Source: Schmidtea nova
Taxonomy: Eukaryota
NCBI GenBank assembly: GCA_044892505.1
Contig: CM097882.1
Coordinates: 317,254,001 to 317,318,000, forward strand
Length of the DNA: 64,000 nucleotides
Direction of reading: 5' to 3'
The notes beneath the pieces were generated by a model. That model had not been told where the DNA came from. It saw nothing but the letters and a program-made list of their open reading frames with translations, and did no database searches. Position 1 is the stretch's first letter. Each line of letters begins with the position of its first letter. This document shows positions 13,870 through 24,796 of this stretch, piece after piece. The position numbers and the translations under genes were made by a program.

Positions 13870-14520
13870 GACACTAAAATAATCCAAATATATATTTTGC
13901 ACAATATATTTGAGAACTTAATTCTCTTCATCAGGTGCTACCCAATCTTACATTCAATCTAAATCAAATAAATCGATTTTTTCAAACAAATTAGTATTAA
14001 TTTTTAAAATAAAATATATATTTTAAATCTCATATTATAGTCAAAAAATTTAAATTGATTAAATTTTTTTAATTTAAATAAATTAATCTTAAAAATATTA
14101 TATTCTTTTATTTTTATACAAAAAAATATTTTTTTAAGTATATATTATAAATATTTCCACATTTATAAACAACAGAATGATTGAAAACGAAATCCATAAT
14201 CCCCAATTGAAAATGCTCTAAAACTTGAGTACAGAAAAGACGGTCAGTCTTGTCCAAAGTATGTGGCATTTGAAAAATTAAACGAGTATAGAACACAAAT
14301 CAAAAGAAGAAAATAAACATCATCAACAACCACATCTCTGTATTCAATTTTCAGAGCGGAGTCAATTAATGGGATTTAGCGTTGTTTTCAGTCATGTCGA
14401 TGTTTGTGAATATGTGAGTGTGAGAGTTTTGAGTCCGTGTGTTTGCTTCATTTTGTGTGGTTTAAGTAAATTAACTGATGTGGTTGTTGATGATGTTTAT
14501 TTTCTTCTTTTGATTTGTGT
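13870..14520 (-). mobile_element. Old PLE remnant with hammerhead-like motif
   Basis: Degenerate GIY-YIG (..KTDRLFCTQVLEH). Motif GCAC-CTGATGA-a-GAGAA..TTCTC-AAA-TATA-TT-GTGC at 13899-13938 (minus). Internal ~43-bp inverted repeat (~14293-14335 vs 14477-14520). Homologous to 16664-17525. Confidence 0.65.
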
Positions 14521-14524
14521 AATA

Positions 14525-14860
14525 ATGTAATAATAATAATAATACTAATACTAATAATAATATCATAATTATCTTTTTTCACCTTTGATCTTTTATTATT
14601 ATTATTATCAATAATTCTCATAATGACTATAGATCAAATTTTTTTTTATAAACAATAACACAATATTTCGGCACAGCCTTTATCAAGTGTGTATTTCTTG
14701 ATAAAGGCTGTGCCGAAATATTGTGTTATTGTTTATAAAAAAAAATTTGATCTATAGTCATTATGAGAATTATTGATAATAATAATAATAAAAGATCAAA
14801 GGTGAAAAAAGATAATTATGATATTATTATTAGTATTAGTATTATTATTATTATTATTAT
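14525..14860. repeat. Palindromic PLE-derived element (head-to-head pLTR ends) in an (ATT)n tract
   Basis: Near-perfect inverted arms of ~160 bp centred near 14692 (..ggcacagcctttatcaag tgtgtattt cttgataaaggctgtgcc..). Confidence 0.8.
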
Positions 14861-15840
14861 TATTGTTATTGTTATTGTTTTTGTTATTGTTATTATTATT
14901 ATTATTAATAATAAAAAATATAAATTTATTATTGCTATAATCTTAGAACATAAAGTTATTATTCTTTTCTTGGAATTTTTTTTAGAATTTAAAAATTTGA
15001 CTGGTAAAATAATTATTAGTTCTCCTTCACCGTTTTCCCTACAATAAACTTATTTTTGATATAATTTTCTATGACTTGCTATTCATCAGAGATGATTGTG
15101 TAAATAAATAAGTTTATAAAAGTAATAATTGATTATTAAAAAAACTGTTTATAAAATATATATTATTCAATTAGAAATTATTTTGTTTAAATATACTAAA
15201 ACCATTTGTTCTTTTAAAATATATTCAAATCATTGCATTGCAAATCTAATTGATCAGCGTTGATGATTGAAATATATAAATTTGCATTTTTTTGTTTATT
15301 CTTATTTTTGCCTTATAGTATTATGAAACAGAATTTTCTTAATTTTAATTCCCTAGCTATACAAATGTTATGAGTTTCGAAACTATTATAAAGTGTGTAA
15401 AGAATTTCGTATCAATTCGCATAATTTTCACCAAGTCATTATTTACAGACATTATATTGACATGCAAAACAAACCAATATCAATTTAAAAATGTTTTTAA
15501 TTTAAATTTAAAATGTTATAATTGTCCAAGATAATTAAATTTATTCTCAATATAAATAAAATGCACAGTCCTTCTATATTACATATTTGTTTTTTTCCAT
15601 ATCCTCTCACGGGCTCCCTAGAAAAATATTTATCGCTTATTTAAATGCAGGTGTAGTTCATTATTTGCTTTTTAGAATTATGAATGTATACATTTAAAAC
15701 CTTTATATGAAGTAATTGATAAAGTATTAATATAAAGACTGATGGCATACAAGTTCTAATATTTACCTTAAAGCGTTTTCATTTAAATTTATAAAAATTA
15801 AAAAAATTATTTTTATATTTCTATCAACATTTTTCATATA

Positions 15841-16069
15841 CCGTATTTGCCGGTGTATAAGACCCCCTCGTGTATAAGACCCCCCTCTAAACTTTACGGA
15901 TATAAAAATGTAAAAAGTAAAATGTAAAATGTAAAAGTATTTTATTACTTGTAGCTTGAATTTATTTGTGTAAGAGTTTTTTTTTACCATTTTGAATTGA
16001 GGGATAAAAATTGATTTTTCATCACTGAATATATGTAAAAAAGGGGGTCTTATACACCGGCAAATACGG
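15841..16069 (-). mobile_element. pogo/Tigger-type Tc1-mariner MITE (internal deletion derivative)
   Basis: 27-bp TIR CCGTATTTGCCGGTGTATAAGACCCCC, TA target duplications on both sides, and a remnant of the transposase HTH start (MVKKNSYTNKFKLQVIKY). Confidence 0.9.
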
Positions 16070-16663
16070 TAATAAAAGTATAGCAATTCTAAAATCTCCC
16101 TTATTATCACTATACTATATAGGAATTTAAATCTATCGGAACTAAGAAAATGTTGACCGAAACACAACTAAAAGCATTTTACGAAAGTATTTTACGAATA
16201 ATCTCAAAATATTACAAAATCATCAACTCAAAAAATCATCAGAAATATACTTCAGAAATATATAAACTAATAAAATGTATTAGTCGCTTAGTAATTCTTT
16301 CGTTCTGTCAGCTGGGTACCAGGAGAATAATACAACTTGAATATATTCCTCCAAAAAAATGTAAATGCAAATATATACTTGTTGCAGATTAGCTTCAAAG
16401 TTAACTCTTTAAATGAGCAAAGCTTTTTATAATTTAAAATTTTTAATTAAATATATTTATAAATAATTGTTTTTAAATGACATTTTCAGTTTGTCATTGT
16501 TTTTTAAAGGTTTGCAGTCTTTTGCTTTATATTTAAAGTTGTCTTCGGCTCTTAAAAAGATAAATTGACTTTTAAAATATTTTGGATTGAAAAGCTCACA
16601 CAAACATTTAATCGAATATTGAGTAAATATATCTTAGAATTTGAATACTTTTGTTAATTACAA

Positions 16664-17525
16664 ACCAACGCCAATCCAAAATTATATTCTGCACAATATA
16701 TTTCAAGAAACTCCTTCCCATCATCTGGTGCTTCTGAGTCAACTATTCCAAGATAAATCAAACAAATTGATTTAACAAATTAATCATAATTATTTTAAAA
16801 ATGTAATATAAAATTTTATAAAAAATTCAAAACTTTTAAATCGATAACATTATTTTTGAATTTAATTCAATTAATCTTAAAAAACCATATTTATTAAGAA
16901 AAATATTTTTTAAGAAGGTTTTATAAATATTCCCATATTTATAAACAACAGTATGATTGAAGACCAAACCCATCATCATCAATTGACGATGCTCTAAAAC
17001 TCGAAAATGTTTTTGGTAATTTTTTTCAAATGTCATGGTAAAATGTTACATACTTTGGAAAAGACTGCCCCTCTTTCTGTATTCGAGTTTCAGAGCATTG
17101 TCAATTAATGGGAATGTCTGTGAATATGATTGTGAGAATTTTGATTGGGTGTGTTTACTTCAATTTTCTGCGATTTAATTAAATTAACTGATGCAATTGT
17201 TGATTTTTATTCTTAACTCGTTTATTTTTCAAATGTCATGGGCAAAACGCTACATACTTTGGATAAAACTGGCTTTCTTCTCTGTACACGAGTTTTAGAG
17301 CATTATCAGCTGATGATGATTGGATTGGTCTTTAATTATACTGTTGTTGATAAATATGAAAATATTTTTAAATATTCTTTTAAAAAATGTTTTTTTAAAG
17401 ATAAATAGATTTAAATTCTAAAATAATTTTATTTAACTTGGAATGGTTGACTGAATAGCATTTGATGATGAGAATGAAGTTCTTGAAATATATTGTGCAG
17501 AATATTATTTTGGATAGGCGTTGGT
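16664..17525. mobile_element. Old PLE fold-back (two inverted 3' fragments)
   Basis: Diverged inverted arms (accaacgccaatccaaaa.. / ..ttttggataggcgttggt). GIY-YIG remnants (KCHG.NATY..KTG..LCTRVLEH). Hammerhead-like motifs at ~16691-16731 (-) and ~17458-17498 (+). Confidence 0.7.
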
Positions 17526-18941
17526 ATATAATAAACCTATTTGGTGTGAAAAATTATGTCTCTATTACAATATACATTTTAAAGTAAGTTTATTTTTATT
17601 TATGATCAAATCACTAAGTTTGTTAAATTACTTCCTAAGAATAAAAAAATTCATTCAAAATTTTTTGAAAGTTTTTTTACATAATACCAGCTAAAATGAA
17701 CCTGAATAAATCACAACAGTTAAACAAACAATAATTATTCGTGTGTAATTTAGCCAATTACAAATTAATTATACATCCATCTAGTTCTAATCAATTACTA
17801 ATAAAAAACATTTAGTCATAAATGGTTAAATAACCGATGGCATATGAATTTGATTTTTTGTCTTGTTAAAATCACTTCAAAAAATATTATATCTAGAATG
17901 AAAATGTTTCATTATGTTGAAAATTTCCATGTCTGAAAATTTCCAACAAATTTCCATGTCTATGAAAATGAATGACAGTTATCTATAGAAATCATTCCTT
18001 GCATAATTTTATTAATTAATTAATACGCTTTGAATACATTGTCAATTATTTTGATAGAAATTTATAGAAAAAAACCAAAATGTCGAAAAATTTCAATGAA
18101 TTTTAATAATTATCATTATTTCTAATTTTCTCATTTGATCTTTTCGTTTCTATTTTAGAGGTTTTCATAAATTTGTTTAAGATTTTAGATTTCTTTTAAA
18201 AAATGTACTTTGTAAAATAAATGTGATCTATAGTCTTTATAAAAAAGTAAAAGTTTACTTAAATGACAAAATTAACTAAATTAAAAAATGTAACAAAAAA
18301 AGCCTTTACTGCAAAAACAATTTTATTAAGTGAGAAAATTTTCGATTCTAAAATAATCCTCATCAATCCCTAATTCGACATATAACTGGTATTTTCATTC
18401 ATTCTGCTGTTTCTTTCTCGTGAATTACGTTGTTTTTTATTGGATGTTAATCTAATTAATCTATTTTTTTTAATTTTTAATTGTTTTTTAAATGTTTGTT
18501 TTGTTAAAAATTTAAAAATATAAAATAAAAACTCTTAAATCTTTAAAATGTTTTTCTAAATTTTTTTCGAATAAATAAATTTATCCTTCTTTTAACATTT
18601 TAAATATTTAATTTAATTGTCTGTATTTTACATTTTAATTTTCCAACTCTTTATATTTGAATTTTTTAAATTTAATTATATCTTTGAAATGTCCATAAAT
18701 TCTCTGTTCTATATCTTTTCTCCCCTTTTTCTTCCCTTCTTCCTTTTTTACTTTTTTCTTTGAAGAATAACATGTTTTTTTAACAAGATAGTAAGTGGGC
18801 GATTTCGCTAAATTCCTCTTTAGAGTTAATTTTTGCGTGTTTGTCTATAATAAGAATAGCATCTTTAAGTCTGAGATTTTTTTATGCTGACAAAATTAAC
18901 TAATATGAAAAGAGATTTGTTATTTTATTAGGATTGCCCAA

Positions 18942-19560
18942 AGTAGATAGTTATGAGGAGCATGACTCATCGAAATTACGTCATAATTACGTAATATTTC
19001 GTGACCCCCCCTCCCCCGATTTTTTTTTGATGGCGTAATCGATGACGTATTTTAAAATTCAAATTTAAAATTTAAATTTCCAAAGGTCAAATAAGGTCAA
19101 ACCTTCAAACAAGGGTATCATTCGAAAGGTCTTGGAGAGGTCTATCCAATGGTCATACCCTCGAAGGTTTATTGGAGGGTCATTGACCTTCAAAGGGTCA
19201 AAAACCTTCAACTTTTTTCAAACCTTATAATATACATATCAAACAAAAGGTAATTGAGAGGTAAGTATGATGGTCATACTTTCAAAGGTGTATGGAGTGT
19301 CCTGAACCTTGAAAGGGTCAAAAACCTTCAACCTTTTTAATTCTTATAATATGTACATCAAACAAAAGGTAATTGAAGGGTGAGTATAATGGTCATACTA
19401 TCTACTAACTAACTAATTTTTTGTACAGAGATAACTTGTGTGTGTGTGTTTAAGAAAAATTACTGTACTCATTGAACGCGCGTGAAACGCGCGTTCTTCT
19501 TCCTTGTTGTATAAGACAAATCACAGTACGCATTGAACTTGCGTGAAACGCGCGTTCTTC
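18942..19560 (+). repeat. Left TIR of Polinton
   Basis: Reverse complement of 34642-35134 plus one extra ~120-bp internal unit. Contains GAACGCGCGT-GAA-ACGCGCGTTC hairpins. Confidence 0.9.
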
Positions 19561-19577
19561 TTCCCTTGTTGTTTAAG

Positions 19578-19660
<83 letters not shown>

Positions 19661-19662
19661 TA
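19578..19662. repeat. (TAA)n microsatellite
   Basis: Pure trinucleotide run that produces spurious poly-Ile ORFs. Confidence 0.95.
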
Positions 19663-20481
19663 TTATTATCAATAATTCTCATAATGACTATAGATCAAAA
19701 TTTTTTTTTTATAAACAATAACACAATATTTCGGCACAGCCTTTATCAAGTGTGTATTTCTATCGTTATATTTACTTAATCCTAAATAGTAGCCTTAATT
19801 ATTTTTTTAATATTTTATAATGATTTTATTGGATGAAAAAATTTATTTTTTTTTAATTTTTTTGTGCGAATTGAATGTTGATGGACGGTTTGTATTTTTT
19901 TATGAAAAAAGTCTCGGAAGCTAATCTTTGTAATGAATTTTTGAATCCCTCTTGTAGGATCTGGCATTTTGTTTCTTCTATAGATGGAGTTGTTTTATGT
20001 ACTTTTTCCCAGTGTTCGTAATAATTACTGGTTTTGATTTTAGTATGTAATCTAAAATATACTAAAATAATACTAAATAATACTAAAATCAAAACCAGTA
20101 ATTATTACGAACACTGGGAAAAAGTACATAAAACAACTCCATCTATAGAAGAAACAAAATGCCAGATCCTACAAGAGGGATTCAAAAATTCATTACAAAG
20201 ATTAGCTTCCGAGACTTTTTTCATAAAAAAATACAAACCGTCCATCAACATTCAATTCGCACAAAAAAATTAAAAAAAAATAAATTTTTTCATCCAATAA
20301 AATCATTATAAAATATTAAAAAAATAATTAAGGCTACTATTTAGGATTAAGTAAATATAACGATAGAAATACACACTTGATAAAGGCTGTGCCGAAATAT
20401 TGTGTTATTGTTTATAAAAAAAAAATTTTGATCTATAGTCATTATGAGAATTATTGATAATAATAATAAAAAAAGATCAAA
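19663..20481. mobile_element. Palindromic PLE insertion nested in the Polinton
   Basis: Essentially perfect ~380-bp inverted arms centred near 20063. Each arm encodes the same GIY-YIG C-terminus (..LASETFFIKKYKPSINIQ) followed by a pLTR with a hammerhead-like motif (20373-20405). Confidence 0.85.
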
Positions 20482-20767
20482 NNNNNNNNNNNNNNNNNNN
20501 NNNNNNNNNNNNNNNNNNNNNNNNNNNNNNNNNNNNNNNNNNNNNNNNNNNNNNNNNNNNNNNNNNNNNNNNNNNNNNNNNNNNNNNNNNNNNNNNNNNN
20601 NNNNNNNNNNNNNNNNNNNNNNNNNNNNNNNNNNNNNNNNNNNNNNNNNNNNNNNNNNNNNNNNNNNNNNNNNNNNNNNNNNNNNNNNNNNNNNNNNNNN
20701 NNNNNNNNNNNNNNNNNNNNNGACACAAAATAAAAAAGACATTTTCAAATAACAAAATTTATTAAAA

Positions 20768-21217
20768 TCAAAATCGATGAGATATTCTGGCATTGTTGAT
20801 TCTCCAAATTGGAGTCATAACATCATTCAAATCAAGTTTATACCCTTGAATTGTAATGTTAATATACCAGCTTTCATTATCAATTAATTGAATCTCTTCA
20901 AATGAATCGAAGAATTTGGTTTGCCGATTATTAATGACTATGTTTTCATTGCAACATAATTTCTTATTGATCTGATTCAAAAGTTTATTGAGAGATAATA
21001 CATCTTCTTTCGATATAGTTCCATAAAGATTCGAATATTGAGTCTTACTCAATTTAACAGGATTTGAAAGACTGAAATCTATTTCACTAACCAAAAAATA
21101 CATTTTATGGTCATGATATATTTGAACTGGCTTCAAAATAGCTTTCTTTGATTTAACTGGTTTGTCTGAATCAATTGTATTAGATCCATTATTGCTAAAT
21201 AATTTAGTTCCTAACAT
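20768..21217 (-). CDS. Polinton hypothetical protein (possible OB-fold/ssDNA-binding)
   Basis: Intact ORF from ATG (MLGTKLF..). C-terminal beta-rich YINITIQGYK...PIWRINNARI. Function is a guess. Confidence 0.6.
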   Translation of the reverse strand: MLGTKLFSNNGSNTIDSDKPVKSKKAILKPVQIYHDHKMYFLVSEIDFSLSNPVKLSKTQYSNLYGTISKEDVLSLNKLLNQINKKLCCNENIVINNRQTKFFDSFEEIQLIDNESWYINITIQGYKLDLNDVMTPIWRINNARISHRF

Positions 21218-21450
21218 TTTAAAATAATAATCTTTAATCACTTAAAGCTTATATTTATACTAAAATAACAATCATGTGTGCAACCAATCAAAATACTATG
21301 ATTGAAATACATTCAAACTATAATTCAATTAAACAAAAAAAAAACCTAAATAAAATAACAATAAAAACTAATAACTATTTAAATACTTTAACAATAAAAT
21401 ATAAAAAGAAGATTAAATAAAAATAAATACAATTAAAGAATAACAATTTA

Positions 21451-21811
21451 TTAAATAACATCTTGGGCTCTATGCCACCTTTCTAACTGATAAAGCAGCT
21501 CTTCTTTATCTTTTAAGAGCCTCCAGTTTGGGCAACATTTGCAATGAATGCAGCAAATGGGCTCCAACTTTATCGCAGGCTCTTTCATATTCCTTTTATG
21601 TTCCCCGATCACCTCTTTCAGGTTCATGCCGGAGAACATCCATACCTTGAAGGGAATGAACTCTGGAGCCCAAAACATCATTTCCTTCATTTCTTCAGGG
21701 TATAATCTTGCCATTGTTTGCAATGCTATTTGCATTAGTGATTCTAAAATAATTAAATTAAAAATTAATTAAAATAAAACAAATAGGCTTACCGTCCAAG
21801 GAGCTAGACAT
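21451..21811 (-). CDS. Polinton Cys-rich hypothetical protein, two exons (21793-21811, 21451-21743)
   Basis: ATG TCT AGC TCC TTG GAC G|gtaagc..49 bp..ttttag|AA TCA CTA ATG joins in frame. CCIHCKCC motif. TATA- and CCAAT-like boxes upstream. Confidence 0.7.
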
Positions 21812-21918
21812 GTTTTTTCATTTTTAACTGAATAAGTGTTTCGTATATATACAAAATTTTGAAACACACTACACCCAATCAGAAACATACACACTCATTA
21901 CGTATACATGACAAATAC

Positions 21919-22389
21919 TTAGGTAATACTTAGCAAAAAGTTTAGGAAATCTTCCTCCTCATTCATCGATTTTATTTCGTTAATAATTTGTTCAACCAAT
22001 TCATGATAATCCAAGGTTTTAATACCAAGTATTACTACTTTGCCACTTGCAAAAACGTTTACACATAATGGATTAAATTTAGAATATCTCAAAGCTGGAA
22101 ATATTTCTGGTTCATAAACACAATTAGTTTTCTTCAATAATAAATTTAAATTAACACGGGATCCTATATCTGCAGTTACTGTAATTGATTGAATTTGAAT
22201 ATCTTCAATTGGATATTGTAAATCTTCAATTTTTAAAGGTTTTTTGCACCCCATTATTCGACATTTACCTGATTTGAAAAATAAAATCGGATACTTTCCA
22301 CTTCTATCGACAATTTGTTGTGGTTTCTCCATTGGAAATTTCATGTGCGAAACTGAGCATTTACCTTTATAATTTATGTTGGTCAGCAT
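21919..22389 (-). CDS. TATA-box-binding protein (TBP)-like protein
   Basis: Two TBP repeats: LTNINYKG..ILFFKSGKCRIMGCK and IQIQSITVTADIG..VNL..L..YEPEIFPALRY....VNVFASGKVVILGIK, cf. canonical YEPELFPGLIYR..LIFVSGKVVLTGAK. Confidence 0.88.
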   Translation of the reverse strand: MLTNINYKGKCSVSHMKFPMEKPQQIVDRSGKYPILFFKSGKCRIMGCKKPLKIEDLQYPIEDIQIQSITVTADIGSRVNLNLLLKKTNCVYEPEIFPALRYSKFNPLCVNVFASGKVVILGIKTLDYHELVEQIINEIKSMNEEEDFLNFLLSIT

Positions 22390-22481
22390 TTATGATGTAA
22401 TAAAATTTAAATATTTTTTATTCGTGTAAAACAATTAATTAAAACAAATATAAACAATAATAATTTCTTTAATATAATAAA

Positions 22482-23105
22482 ATGAAATTGAGAAACGACG
22501 CAGTATATCAAATTGTTGGTCCAAGTGGAAGTGGGAAAACATTGTTTGTTTGTAAATTATTACAATCAAATATGTTTAAATCAAAATTTAATAAAATATA
22601 TTGGCACCGGGGAGCTGATGATGAACATGGTTTGACACAAGACCAATTTTGTAAGATAAAAATGACAACAATTAAAGGATTTGATAAAAACTGGTCATCT
22701 AGATTACGACAAGGTGATGTTATTATTATTGATGATTTGTATCAAGAAGCTAATAAAGAAAAGGACTTTAATAATTTATTCACGAAAATAGCTAGACATA
22801 AAGGAGTTACAGTTATTTTTATTACTCAGAATTTATTTCATCAAGGTGGAGCTCATCGAACTCGTAATTTAAATGTTCAATATCTAGTTGTTTTTAAAAA
22901 TCCCAGAGATTCAACAGTTATTGATTTTCTTGCAAGACAAGCTTACCCTAATAATCGTAGTTTTTTAATTGATGCATTTCAAGATGCAACTCAAATTCCA
23001 CATGGGTATATTTTTCTGGATTTCACACAACAATGTCCTAATGAATTACGAGTTAGTACCGATATTTTCAATAAAGAAGGTGCAATGATTTATAAACAAA
23101 GTTGA
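22482..23105 (+). CDS. A32/FtsK-like DNA packaging ATPase
   Basis: Walker A GPSGSGKT, Walker B IIIDD, ARH..VTVIFITQNLF, R.RNLN. Confidence 0.95.
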   Translation: MKLRNDAVYQIVGPSGSGKTLFVCKLLQSNMFKSKFNKIYWHRGADDEHGLTQDQFCKIKMTTIKGFDKNWSSRLRQGDVIIIDDLYQEANKEKDFNNLFTKIARHKGVTVIFITQNLFHQGGAHRTRNLNVQYLVVFKNPRDSTVIDFLARQAYPNNRSFLIDAFQDATQIPHGYIFLDFTQQCPNELRVSTDIFNKEGAMIYKQS

Positions 23106-23125
23106 AATAATAAATTACATCAATA

Positions 23126-23662
23126 ATGTTTTTAAAATCACGCACAAAGATATTAAAGTCGCCTAAAATTAAAAAAGTTTTTAAAAAGAAACGTCAAACT
23201 AAAGTACCACCAAAGACTAGTTACACGTCACCGAAGAAACTTATTATTGAAAATATTCCTGCAAAGAATCTTATTTCACATAATCTGAAACCAAAAGAAT
23301 CTTTAGAAAAAATTGAAAATGAAATAAAAACATCAAATCATCGTAGTTTCCCATTTTTCAATGCATTACTTAAGGCACCTAGTATTAAAAGAATTAGTAA
23401 TTTACAATCGTTTCCAAATTATGTTATTGATGATTTACTTGATGTTATAGTTAAAATCGTCAAAGGTAAAATTAATATAAGTAAATCAAATAAAAAAGTT
23501 CTAAACAAACACAAGAAACCATTGTTATCACTTGTAAATACTAAAAGTCGGAAACAAATGCGCAAAATCATATATAAACAACAAGGAGGATTTATTGCTG
23601 CATTATTACCATTAGCATTATCTTTGTTAGGAGGAGTTGGTTTATTAGGACAACAAACATAA
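23126..23662 (+). CDS. Basic core protein with adenovirus pX-like C-terminus
   Basis: Lys-rich; ends QQGG|FIAALLPLALSLLGG, similar to the adenoviral pX tail (GG-cleavage site plus hydrophobic helix). Confidence 0.7.
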   Translation: MFLKSRTKILKSPKIKKVFKKKRQTKVPPKTSYTSPKKLIIENIPAKNLISHNLKPKESLEKIENEIKTSNHRSFPFFNALLKAPSIKRISNLQSFPNYVIDDLLDVIVKIVKGKINISKSNKKVLNKHKKPLLSLVNTKSRKQMRKIIYKQQGGFIAALLPLALSLLGGVGLLGQQT

Positions 23663-23665
23663 ACA

Positions 23666-23899
23666 ATGGGACAAACTCCTTTGAGTCATTTAGCTAATCT
23701 TACATTGAATTTTAAATCTACTTGTTGTAATGGAGAAGATATGGACAAATCCAAAAGACCCGGCAGGCTTTGGTGGGGTAGAAAAGCTAAACAAAAAAGT
23801 AATCAAATCGAAAAAAGAGACGCAAAATTGGTTATCCGGACAACTGGCATACAGTCTAAACAAACCAATGTTGAAACGATTTCCAACAAGAGCATATAA
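23666..23899 (+). CDS. Small putative lipidated protein overlapping the integrase 5' end
   Basis: MG start (N-myristoylation-type) plus KSTCC; ATG directly after the previous stop; +1 frame overlap with integrase. Confidence 0.45.
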   Translation: MGQTPLSHLANLTLNFKSTCCNGEDMDKSKRPGRLWWGRKAKQKSNQIEKRDAKLVIRTTGIQSKQTNVETISNKSI

Positions 23900-24796
23900 A
23901 ACATATGGTATTAATGATTTGTGGCAAATGGATTTGATGGAAATGATTCCTTATTCGAAAATCAATAAGGGTTTCAAATATATATTAACTTGTATTGATA
24001 TTTTTAGTCGATATGCACGCGCGGTTCCAACCAAAACAAAATCTGCTAATGAAATGGCAGTGGCAATCAAAACATTGTTTGCTGATGGGCAGCCGAAAAA
24101 CTTACAAACTGATTTAGGTAAGAAAATTAATTAATTTAATTTAATTTAATTTTTAATTTAGGTAAAGAATTTTACAATAGCAAAGTTAAAGAAATTTTAA
24201 AGGGAATAAATCATTACTCGGTATTTTCACAATTCAAAGCAGCGCATGTTGAAAGATTTAATCGTACATTAAGAGATCGTTTGAAAAAGTATTTTGTACA
24301 TCAAGGGAATAAAACATGGATTAATGTATTGCCAAAAATAATACATAGTTATAATCATTCGTCACATAATGGTATAAATGGATTGAGACCTGTTGATGTT
24401 TCAATAAAAAATACAGCAAAGATTTTATTATCTCGCAAAGAAAAATCGAAAATGAAAAAACCTAAATATAAAGTTGGTGATCATGTTCGAATTAGCAAGA
24501 TTAGCGCTTCACCATTCATCAAAGATTTTGATAGTAATTGGAGTGATGAGGTATTTCAGATCTCAAAAATTAATACTAGCCAAGACCCTGTCATGTATGT
24601 TATTTCTGACTCTGAAAATAATGTAGTTAGTGGTAAATTTTACGAGTAAGAATTGCAAGTTATTCCCCCACTAACAGTATTTAGAATTGAAAAAATTTTA
24701 AAAACTAAAATAGTGGGTAAAGATAAACAATATTATGTCAAATGGCATGGATATCAAAACCCATCATGGATATCAGCCAAAGATCTAGTAAAATGA
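23730..24796 (+). pseudogene. RVE integrase with C-terminal chromodomain; 44-bp intron (24118-24161); premature TAA at 24647-24649
   Basis: WQMDL..CIDIFSRY..QTDL-G|KEF..VERFNRTL is restored by splicing. After the stop the frame continues ELQ..FRIEKIL..YYVKWHGY..PSWI (chromodomain). Confidence 0.9.

Noticed and set aside
19469-19721. Poly-Ile ORFs (also 14763-15047)
   Set aside because: Translations of (TAA)n/(ATT)n microsatellites.
24742-24792. ORF-track start of the minor capsid at 24742
   Set aside because: It overlaps the integrase chromodomain; the conserved MNFYMILPSNS start at 24793 is more plausible.
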